This document shows positions 49,238 to 58,000 of a stretch of DNA of 64,000 nucleotides, in pieces. A program made the translations under genes and the position numbers. Under the pieces are notes generated by a model. The model was not told the origin of the DNA. It worked only from the letters and a program-made list of their open reading frames with translations, and ran no database searches. The stretch is taken from the sequence record DRR723986_6657; one strand, given 5' to 3'. The first letter of the stretch is position 1, and every line of letters begins with the position of its first letter.

Positions 49238-49399
49238 ATGTCGAAGTCCCCGAACTCCGTCCTGCACCCGGCCAAGAAGCCGCGCGTCAAGCGCCGCAAC
49301 GCGACCTGGAAGGCCAATCTCGGCAAGCGGTCGAAAGTCCGCGTGTTTGGCAACACCAAGCGTGCGCGTCTCGCCCGCAAGAAAGCTGCCGGCAAGTAA
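49238..49399 (+). CDS. Small highly basic protein (53 aa), function unknown (absent from the ORF track)
   Basis: MSKSPNSVLHPAKKPRVKRRNATWKANLGKRSKVRVFGNTKRARLARKKAAGK*. CAGGAA RBS, codon choice like rpmI/rplT, upstream of the operon terminator. Confidence 0.8.
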   Translation: MSKSPNSVLHPAKKPRVKRRNATWKANLGKRSKVRVFGNTKRARLARKKAAGK

Positions 49400-49463
49400 G
49401 CTTTCTGCAGGCCCCGCGCCGTCGGTGACCGCCCGGAAGGGCATGCACCGAACCGAATGAGAG

Positions 49464-49490
49464 AAAGCCCGGCCATCGTGCCGGGCTTTT
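49464..49490 (+). terminator. Rho-independent terminator of the rpmI-rplT-smallORF unit
   Basis: AAAGCCCGGC-catcgt-GCCGGGCTTTT. Confidence 0.82.
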
Positions 49491-49559
49491 CCGTTTCCAG
49501 ATTTGCATCCCCCCGCGAAGCGCCTACAAAGCCCGCGGAACCAAATGAGGGGCAAGACC

Positions 49560-50636
49560 TTGTCCGATATTACGACGATCGAAAACGAAGCGTTGGCAGC
49601 GGTGGCTGCGGCGGGTGATCTGGAAACGCTGGATGCGGTCCGCGTGGCTGAGCTCGGCAAGAAGGGCAGGGTCTCCGGCCTGATGGGCTCGCTCGGCAAG
49701 ATGAGCCCGGAAGAGCGCAAGGAAAACGGCCCGAAGCTGAACGCGCTGAAAAACCGGGTGAATGATGCGATCACCGCCCGCAAGGCCGAACTGGAAGCCG
49801 AAGCGCTTGAGAAGCAGCTGGCCAGCGAAAAGCTGGACCTGACCCTGCCGCCATCTCCCGGCCCGAAGGCGGGCGCGCTGCACCCGGTGATGCAGGTGTT
49901 CGAGGAAGTCGCCGCCATCTTCGGCGATATGGGCTTCACCGTGGCCGAAGGTCCGGACGTGGAAGACGACTGGCATAATTTCACCGCGCTGAACTTCCCG
50001 GAAGGCCACCCCGCGCGCGAGACGCACGACACCTTTTTCATGAAGGCGCAGGAAGGCGACACGCCAAAAGTGCTGCGCACGCACACCTCGCCCGTGCAGA
50101 TCCGCACCATGATGGACCAGAAGCCGCCGATCCGCATCCTAGTGCCGGGCCGGGTCTACCGGAACGACTGGGACGCGACGCATACGCCGATGTTCCACCA
50201 GGTCGAAGGCCTCGTCATCGAGAAGGGCACCCATATGGGGCACCTGAAAGGCTGCCTGATCGACTTCGTGAAAGCCTTCTTCGAGGTCGACAATGTGGAA
50301 GCGCGCTTCCGCCCGCACTTCTTTCCGTTCACGGAGCCGTCAGCCGAGATGGATGTGAAATATACCCGCAAGGGCGAGACGATCGAGATCGGCGCCGGCG
50401 ACAGCTGGATGGAGATCCTCGGCTCCGGCATGGTGCATCCGAACGTGCTGCGCAATTGCGGTATCGACCCGAACGAATATCAGGGCTTCGCCTTCGGTAT
50501 GGGGATCGACCGCCTGGCCATGCTGAAATACGGCATGCCGGACCTGCGCCCGTATTTCGAGGCCGATCCGCAATGGACCCGCCACTACGGCTTCGCGCCG
50601 TGGTCGACGCCGAGCGTCAGCGGCGGGCTGAGCTGA
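49560..50636 (+). CDS. pheS: Phenylalanyl-tRNA synthetase alpha subunit
   Basis: [43 protein letters not shown]. Probable TTG start at 49560. Confidence 0.97.
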   Translation: MSDITTIENEALAAVAAAGDLETLDAVRVAELGKKGRVSGLMGSLGKMSPEERKENGPKLNALKNRVNDAITARKAELEAEALEKQLASEKLDLTLPPSPGPKAGALHPVMQVFEEVAAIFGDMGFTVAEGPDVEDDWHNFTALNFPEGHPARETHDTFFMKAQEGDTPKVLRTHTSPVQIRTMMDQKPPIRILVPGRVYRNDWDATHTPMFHQVEGLVIEKGTHMGHLKGCLIDFVKAFFEVDNVEARFRPHFFPFTEPSAEMDVKYTRKGETIEIGAGDSWMEILGSGMVHPNVLRNCGIDPNEYQGFAFGMGIDRLAMLKYGMPDLRPYFEADPQWTRHYGFAPWSTPSVSGGLS

Positions 50637-50646
50637 GGGCGCGGCC

Positions 50647-51255
50647 ATGGGCACCGGCAACAAGGCAGAAATGCTGATTGCGATCTGCGCAGTGATCACC
50701 AGCGCGATAGCGGTCTTCATTGCCTGGGACCAGGGCCGCGTGATGCGGGCGCAACAGCACGGGTCTGTTTATCCGGTGCTGCAAGCAGACGGCTATGTCT
50801 CGGCAGACCTGCATGCGCGCGAGATCGGTGTCAGGTTCCGCAACAGCGGTGTCGGCCCGGCGCTGATAGAGTCGGTGGACATGCTGAAGAATGGCGAGCG
50901 CCTGGAGAATCTCAACGCCTATCGTGACGAGCTGCCGGACGGTTATGACCTGTCATGGACAAGCATGGTGGGCCGCGCCGTGGCGCCGGGGGAAACGATC
51001 AACGCTTTGCGTATTTCCTGGCCGGCCGAGTCAATAAGCGCGATTGCGCAGGCGGAAACAGCGGCAAAATGGGGCGGGCTGACGATGAACGTCTGCTATT
51101 GCTCCGTGTTTCAGCGCTGCTGGGAGGTCGAGGGCCTCGCCCTGAATTCGCCAGCGCGGCGCGTAAAGGCCTGCACGCGCAGTGAAGAAGATGTTTTTGA
51201 GAACCTGTCCCCGGTCAATCAGGTTCAAGACGAATTAAATCCCGAACTGGAATAG
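50647..51255 (+). CDS. Hypothetical membrane-anchored protein between pheS and pheT
   Basis: N-terminal TM, NSGVGPALI and CYCSVFQRCW; 10-bp and 3-bp gaps to the neighbouring genes. Confidence 0.72.
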   Translation: MGTGNKAEMLIAICAVITSAIAVFIAWDQGRVMRAQQHGSVYPVLQADGYVSADLHAREIGVRFRNSGVGPALIESVDMLKNGERLENLNAYRDELPDGYDLSWTSMVGRAVAPGETINALRISWPAESISAIAQAETAAKWGGLTMNVCYCSVFQRCWEVEGLALNSPARRVKACTRSEEDVFENLSPVNQVQDELNPELE

Positions 51256-51258
51256 ACG

Positions 51259-53652
51259 ATGAAATTCACCCTTTCCTGGCTGAGCGACCATATCGCCTCC
51301 AAGGCGACGCTGGAGGATATTCTTGCGTGCATGCAGAAGGCCGGCCTTGAGGTCGAGGATGTGCACGATCCGCGCGAGAAGCTGAAAGCCTTCACCGTCT
51401 GCAAGGTGATCGAAGCCGAGCCTCATCCGGATGCGGACAAGCTGCGCGTGTGCAAGGTGGAAACCGTGGACGGCATGAAGCAGATCGTCTGCGGCGCACC
51501 CAACGCCCGCGCCGGCATGACGGCGATCTATGCGCCGCTCGGCACCTATATTCCGGGGCTCGACTTTGCGCTCGACAAGAAGCCGCGCGCGATCCGGGGC
51601 GTCGAAAGCCACGGCATGATGTGCTCCACCAAGGAGATTGAGGCAGGAGAAGACCATGACGGCATCGCCGACCTGGACGACTCGATTCCGCTCGGCACGC
51701 CGGCGGCAGAGGCGCTGGGTCTCGCCGATCCTGTGATCGATTTCGAAGTGACGCCGAACCGGCCGGATTGGCTGGGCGTGCAGGGTATTGCGCGTGACCT
51801 TGCCGCAGCCGGGGCAGGGCGGTTCATCCCGAATGACGTGAAGAAAGTCTCCGGCAGTTTCGACTGTCCGATCGAGATCAGGCTGGATGCGCCGGAAGCC
51901 TGCCCGATGTTCGCGGGCGCGCTGGTCAAAGGTGTGAAAAACGGTCCGTCACCGGACTGGATGCAACAGCGCCTGAAAGCCGTCGGTATCCAGCCGCGCT
52001 CGCTTCTGGTGGACGTCACCAATTTCATCTCGCTGGACCGCGCCCGCCCGCTGCACGCCTATGATGCGGCGAAGCTGCAGGGCGCTGTCACGGCGCGCCT
52101 CGGCAAGAAAGGCGAGAAGCTCGTCGCGATTGACGGCAAGACCTATGAAATCGGTGAAGAGATGTGCGTAATCGCTGACGACAGCGGGGCCATCGGTCTT
52201 GGCGGCGTGATGGGCGGCGAGTCGACGGCCGTTTCAGCCGAGACCACAGACGTCTTCATCGAAAGTGCCTGGTTCGATCCGCTGCGCACCGCCCGAACGG
52301 GCCGCGCAACCGGCATTCACTCCGATGCGCGCTATCGGTTCGAGCGCGGCGTCGATCCGCAATCCTGTGTCGATGGCCTGAACCTCGCGCTGGCGCTGAT
52401 CACCGAGTTCGGCGGCGGCACGGTCTCGAAGGCGAATGTCGCCGGCATGATCCCGGCGCGGGCGGACAAGGTGACTTTCTATCCGGCAGACGTGGAACGC
52501 CTGACTGGCCTCAAGGTGAAGAGTGCCGACATGCGCCGTATCCTGAAGGATCTGGAGTTCGCCATCGAGGATGCGGGGGAAGCCTGGTATCTGATGCCGC
52601 CGAGCTTTCGGTTCGACATGGAGCAGTCCGCCGACATCGTGGAAGAGATTGCCCGCATGGTCGGCTATGACCAGCTGCCGACGACATCGCTGCCAGCGCC
52701 GGAAGGCGGCGTCCGCGCGATCACGACGCCAATGCAGCAGCGCGTGCGCACGGCGCGGCGCGTGCTGGCAGCGCGCGGCTTCCTCGAGGCTGTGACCTGG
52801 AGCTTCATGTCGAAGGCAAATGCGGCCCTGTTCGGGAAAACGCCGGAGAGCCTCACCGTTGCCAATCCGGTCGCGAGCGACCTCAATCAGATGCGCCCGT
52901 CCATCCTGGCGAACCTTGCGAGCGCGGCCCAGCGGGCGGCCAATCGCGGCGAGCCCGGTGCGCGCTTCTTCGAGGCGGGCCCGATCTATCTGGGCGACGG
53001 CCCGGACGATCAGCGCACGGTTGTTGCAGCGCTTGTGCGTCCGGTCAGCGAGCGTCACTGGCAGGGCACGCCGAAGCCTTACGATTCCTACGCTGCCAAG
53101 GCGGACCTCTTCGCTGTGCTCGAATCGCTTGGCCAGCCGGGAGACCGGTTCCAGGTTGCCCCGCCATCCCAGCCGCACTGGCATCCGGGGCAGGCGGCTG
53201 CGCTGAAACTCGGCCCGAAGGTTACGGTGGCGCATTTCGGTGCGCTGCACCCTGGGGTGCTGAAGCAGCTGGACGTCGAAGGCCCGGCCTTTGGCTTCGA
53301 GCTGAACCTCAACGCGCTGCCGGTGATGAAGGCGAAGGCGACCAAGACGAAATCCGTGCTCGAACGGTCGGACCTGACACCGATCCGCCGGGACCTGGCC
53401 TTCCTCGTGGACGAGACCGTGCCGGCGGCGGATATTGTCCGTTTCGCCAAGGGCGCCGACAAGCAGCTGATCGACCAGGTGGAAGTCTTCGATGTCTATC
53501 AGGGCAAAGGCGTGCCGGAAGACAAGAAGTCCGTCGCCTTCGAGCTCACGATCCAACCGAAGGAAAAGCTGAAGGATGAAGACATCCAGGCCCTGATGGA
53601 CAAGGTCGTGGCGGCCGTCGCCAAAGGCTGCGGCGGTGTGCTAAGAGGATAA
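51259..53652 (+). CDS. pheT: Phenylalanyl-tRNA synthetase beta subunit
   Basis: MKFTLSWL, HPDADKL, IVCGAPN, TPNRPD, RFERGVD, RRDLAF, FDVYQG. Confidence 0.97.
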   Translation: MKFTLSWLSDHIASKATLEDILACMQKAGLEVEDVHDPREKLKAFTVCKVIEAEPHPDADKLRVCKVETVDGMKQIVCGAPNARAGMTAIYAPLGTYIPGLDFALDKKPRAIRGVESHGMMCSTKEIEAGEDHDGIADLDDSIPLGTPAAEALGLADPVIDFEVTPNRPDWLGVQGIARDLAAAGAGRFIPNDVKKVSGSFDCPIEIRLDAPEACPMFAGALVKGVKNGPSPDWMQQRLKAVGIQPRSLLVDVTNFISLDRARPLHAYDAAKLQGAVTARLGKKGEKLVAIDGKTYEIGEEMCVIADDSGAIGLGGVMGGESTAVSAETTDVFIESAWFDPLRTARTGRATGIHSDARYRFERGVDPQSCVDGLNLALALITEFGGGTVSKANVAGMIPARADKVTFYPADVERLTGLKVKSADMRRILKDLEFAIEDAGEAWYLMPPSFRFDMEQSADIVEEIARMVGYDQLPTTSLPAPEGGVRAITTPMQQRVRTARRVLAARGFLEAVTWSFMSKANAALFGKTPESLTVANPVASDLNQMRPSILANLASAAQRAANRGEPGARFFEAGPIYLGDGPDDQRTVVAALVRPVSERHWQGTPKPYDSYAAKADLFAVLESLGQPGDRFQVAPPSQPHWHPGQAAALKLGPKVTVAHFGALHPGVLKQLDVEGPAFGFELNLNALPVMKAKATKTKSVLERSDLTPIRRDLAFLVDETVPAADIVRFAKGADKQLIDQVEVFDVYQGKGVPEDKKSVAFELTIQPKEKLKDEDIQALMDKVVAAVAKGCGGVLRG

Positions 53653-53679
53653 GCCAAGGGGAACGCAGCGAGGCCGGAC

Positions 53680-54564
53680 ATGGTGGTGCAGCAGCTGATG
53701 GTGCAGAACGGTCTGCGCTACAAGCTCTACGCAGAGCTGGTGCCGGAAGCGCGCCTGCGGGGCATCTCGGTCACCAATATCTTCATCGTTGCGCTGGTCC
53801 TGGCGAGTTTCCTGTTCCTGGCCCTTGAGACCGAGCCGGCCCTGAATTCCCAGCCCGGCTGGAAGACGGTTTTCAGCATTTTCAATGTCTTCGTCGTCGC
53901 CGCATTTGCGGTGGAGTATGTGCTGCGAGTCTTCGTGGCGGGGCTGGACCCGAAATATGCGGGCCTCGGCGGACGCCTGAAATACATGACGCGGTTCTAT
54001 TCCATTGCGGACCTGCTGGCCTTCCTGCCGGAACTGATCGTGATGCTGGCCGGGTTCGGTATTCCGCTGATTGCCCTGCGCGTGCTGCGGCTCTTCCGGT
54101 TGATCAAGATTGCGCGTTTCGTGCCGGCCTTCGACATTTTCGGCGCCGCGGTGAAGCGGGCAGGCACGCAGCTTTTGACCGCGCTCGCGATGGCGTTGGT
54201 GCTCGTCTATGTGTCGGCTGTGGCGCTCTACTTCATCGAAGGGGTTGGTGGGGAGAAGCAGGAAAGCTTTGCTTCCATCCCGCGGGCGATCTGGTGGGCC
54301 ATCGCGACGCTGACAACGGTCGGCTATGGCGATGTCTATCCGGTCACGCCGCTGGGGCGGATGTTTGCCTCCGTGATCGCGATTGCGGGGATTGGTGTCG
54401 TGGCCCTGCCGGCCGGTGTGTTCGCCAGCGCCTTTTCGGACGAGCTGCGTGAGCGGCAGGAGGCAAAGGCCCAGGCGGCCACCCATGCCTATTCCTCCCA
54501 GGCCGAACGCACCCCGGAAGGGAAGGTGCCCCTGCCGGGCACCGATGGCGGGCTAGGTGACTAG
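53680..54564 (+). CDS. Voltage-gated-type potassium channel (6TM ion transporter)
   Basis: S4 segment LRVLRLFRLIKIAR; selectivity filter TTVGYGD. Start uncertain. Confidence 0.9.
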   Translation: MVVQQLMVQNGLRYKLYAELVPEARLRGISVTNIFIVALVLASFLFLALETEPALNSQPGWKTVFSIFNVFVVAAFAVEYVLRVFVAGLDPKYAGLGGRLKYMTRFYSIADLLAFLPELIVMLAGFGIPLIALRVLRLFRLIKIARFVPAFDIFGAAVKRAGTQLLTALAMALVLVYVSAVALYFIEGVGGEKQESFASIPRAIWWAIATLTTVGYGDVYPVTPLGRMFASVIAIAGIGVVALPAGVFASAFSDELRERQEAKAQAATHAYSSQAERTPEGKVPLPGTDGGLGD

Positions 54565-54573
54565 ATAAGCTGA

Positions 54574-54939
54574 CTAGTCGTCGGCAGGTGCCCGCGGGCG
54601 GGTCACAACGAACAGGGCGCCGAGGGCGACAATCGACAGGCCGATGCCCAGCGGCACGGGCCGCTTCCAGAAGGCTGCGCCGATCACGGCGGCCGACAGG
54701 CCCATGCCGCCGAGCGCTGCCGCCTTGCCCGCCCGGTTGAGCGCGCCGGTCTCGACAAAGGTGCGGATCGGCGGGCCGATTCTGGGGCGGTTGTAGATCC
54801 ATTCAGCCCAGGCCGGGTTTGACCGGGCGAAGGCAAGCGCGGCGACGATCCAGAACACGGTCGTTGGCCAGATAGGCAGGAACAGGCCGATCGCGCCAAA
54901 CGCGAAAGAGACCAAACCAAGGATGCGCCAGCTCCACAT
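54574..54939 (-). CDS. YbaN/DUF454 family membrane protein
   Basis: GAIGLFLPIWPTTVF..A...FARS. Confidence 0.82.
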   Translation of the reverse strand: MWSWRILGLVSFAFGAIGLFLPIWPTTVFWIVAALAFARSNPAWAEWIYNRPRIGPPIRTFVETGALNRAGKAAALGGMGLSAAVIGAAFWKRPVPLGIGLSIVALGALFVVTRPRAPADD

Positions 54940-55097
54940 GGCACGACGATGGCGCGGGGCTTACCGGCTGGCAAGCCGGGTTTAACGGTGCCGCACCGGC
55001 GAAAACCCTGAATAATGTCGGAATTGTCCAATTCGCGCCCTGTTCGCGCCCCCGAGAAGATGTGTAAGAGTGTTCATGTACACGTAGGAGACGGTTC

Positions 55098-58000
55098 ATG
55101 ACGCACTTCATCCCGGGCCAGGGGGGATACGGTAAGGCAATGCTGATCGCGTTGCTTGTGGGTATTCTCGCTGCATGCGGAGGAGGCGGCAAAACGGACC
55201 GCTCCAGATCGGGCGCCGGCGAAGAAGGCACGGTGGTTCAGCTGTCTCCTGCCGACAGCGTTGCGGCCCGCCAGCGCGAAAAGCGGCGCCAGGCGGCGAT
55301 GGACGCGCGCGAGCAGGACTTCACATATTTCCGCTACCGGATCGACACAAGCCAGGACGAACCGCTGGCCTGTTTTGTCTTCTCCGCGGCACTGGACCCG
55401 GAAGAGGACTATTCCCCCTATGTCGAATTCCGCCCGGCCTTCAAACCGGCGCTGAGCGTTGAAGGGCGCGAGCTTTGCGTTGGCGGCATGTCCTTCGGGA
55501 CAGAGCGCACTGCAACGCTGCTCTCCGGCCTGCCGGCTGCCGATGGCCGGACCCTGAAAAACCAGGAAGAGGTGCCGATCGATTTCGCTGACCGGCCGCC
55601 TTATGTCGGCTTCAAGGGCACGGGCGTGATCCTGCCGCGTGAGAATGCCGACGGCTTGCCGATCGAGACGGTGAATGTCGATAAGATTGAAGTGACGGTC
55701 TCGCGCATCAATGACCGCGCGCTCGCTTTCAAACGTATCAGCCAGGGCACCACATCGGCGCAGGGGCGTCACGCCTGGACCTGGGGCGAAGATGACCCGG
55801 ATGATGTGAAGGAAGAATTGTTCAAGGGCACGGTGGACGTTGCCCGTGAGCAAAATGCGCCGGTGATCACCGTCTTCCCGCTGGAAGCCACGATCGGCAC
55901 ACTTGAGCCGGGTGCCTATTTCGTGACCGTGAAGGATGCCGACGACATCGGCGAAGCTGTCGGTCCGCCCGCCTCGACCAGCCGCTGGATCATGCTGACC
56001 GACCTTGCCATCACGGCCTATGAGGGCGGCAACGGAATCGACGTGACATTGCGCTCCCTGAGGGATGGCCGTCCGATCTCCGATACGACCGTGCAGCTGA
56101 TCGCGCGCAACAATGACATCCTGACCGAAGGCCGCTCTGATCAGCAGGGCCGGGTCGTCTTCCCGGCAGAGCTGATCAATGGTCAGGGCAATCTTGCGCC
56201 GAAGCTGATCCTGGCGTTGACCGCTAAGGGCGAGCTGGCCGCGCTGGACTTGACCCGTGCGCCAGTAGACCTGTCGGAAGAGAAAATCGGCGGGCGCCGC
56301 ATGCCGGGTCTTGTCGACGCCTATCTGTATACGGATCGCGGGATCTACCGCCCCGGTGAAACCGTGAAGCTGACCGCCATGCTGCGGGATTCCACGGGTG
56401 AGGCCGTGACCGACCGCGCCGGCAGCCTCGTGCTTTACCGCCCGAATGGGCTTCAGTCCGAGAAGATCCGCTTCGAAGGATCGGAAGCCGCAGCCGTCCT
56501 GCATAATTTCGAATTGCCGAAAGGTGCCTCGCGCGGCGAGTGGCGGGTTGAGGTCCAGATGGATGGCCTGTCCGGCACATCGGGCACGGTCCGTTTCTCG
56601 GTCGAGGATTTCGTGCCACAGCGGATCGCGGTGGACCTTGCCGCCGACGACGAGACGCCGGTCAAGCTGGGTGGCACGCGGGATGTCGAAGTGTCTTCCC
56701 GCTTCCTCTATGGCGCGCCGGGCGCTGGCCTGACCGTCAAAGCCGAGGCCCGTGTCGAGCGCCAGCCCAATCCGTTCCCGGAGTTTGAAGGCTTCACCTT
56801 CGGCCGCCACGATTCCAATTTCCAGGAACGCATTCTCGAGTTCGACGACGTCACGACGGACGGTGCGGGCAACGCCCTGATCCGGCTGCAGCCCGGTAAT
56901 GCGGGCAGCAATGCCGGTATTCCGCTGCGCCTGAACACAGTCGTCTCCGTGTTGGAGCCGGGCGGCCGGGCCGTGTCGGAAAGCGTGCGCGTGCCCTACC
57001 GGCCCGAAAATCTCTATCTCGGCCTGAAGCCCGGCTTTGACTATTCGGTCGAGCGGGGCGGGGACGCGACCTATCAGGTCGTCGCCATGGATGCCGACGG
57101 CAATGCCGTGGCGCGGGACCTGACATGGAAAGTCCTGGCCATCGACTGGCACTATGACTGGTACAATGACGGCGACCGATGGCGCTGGCGCCGCTCTCGC
57201 ACCGTGACCAAGGTCAATGAAGGCGTGCTGACCACGCCGGATGGTGGTACAGGCGAAATTACGGTCTCTGGTCTCGACTGGGGCAGCCATGAGCTGGTGG
57301 TCGAAGGCATGGATGCAGATTCCGGCACCTCGGCCAGCGACAATTTCTATGTCGGCTGGGGTGGTTATGTCTCTGATGACGGCGTCGAAGCGCCGGACCG
57401 TGTGAAAGTCACCGGTCCGGCCCGGGCGCCGGCCTCTGGCCAGACGGCTGAAATTACCATCGTGCCTCCTTATGACGGGCAGGCCCAGATTGTGGTTGCG
57501 ACCGACAAGGTGCTCTCTGTGCAGAATATCTCCGTCACGGAAGGCGGCACGCAGGTGACCCTGCCGGTGAACGACGAATGGGGCGATGGTGCCTACGTGA
57601 TGGTATCGGTGTTCACCGAACGCGATCCGGTGCTGCAGGCAAAACCGCGCCGCGCTGTGGGCGTCACCTATGTCCCGCTCAACATGGAAGCCCGGACCTT
57701 CGACGTGTCGATTGACGCCCCCAAGACGGCACGTCCGCGTGGCGAACAAGTGGTCGAGGTCAATATCGGCGAAGGCCCGCGTGAGCCGGTCTATCTGACG
57801 CTGGCCGCCGTGGATGAAGGCATCCTGCGTCTGACCAAGTTCAAGAGCCCGGACCCTGTGTCGTACTACTACGGCAAGAAGGCGCTCGGTGTGGAACTGT
57901 TCGACGATTATGGCCGCCTGCTGGATCCGAATATGGGCCTGCCGGCAGAAGTGCGCACAGGTGGTGACCAGCTGGGCGGGGAAGGTCTGTCCGTGGTGCC

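Noticed and set aside
49238-49399. pheM-like attenuator leader peptide for pheS
   Set aside because: Contains a single Phe codon, and pheS appears to have its own promoter (TTGCAT...TACAAA near 49503) after the terminator.
55074-57749. 891-aa minus-strand ORF
   Set aside because: Antisense shadow of alpha-2-macroglobulin.
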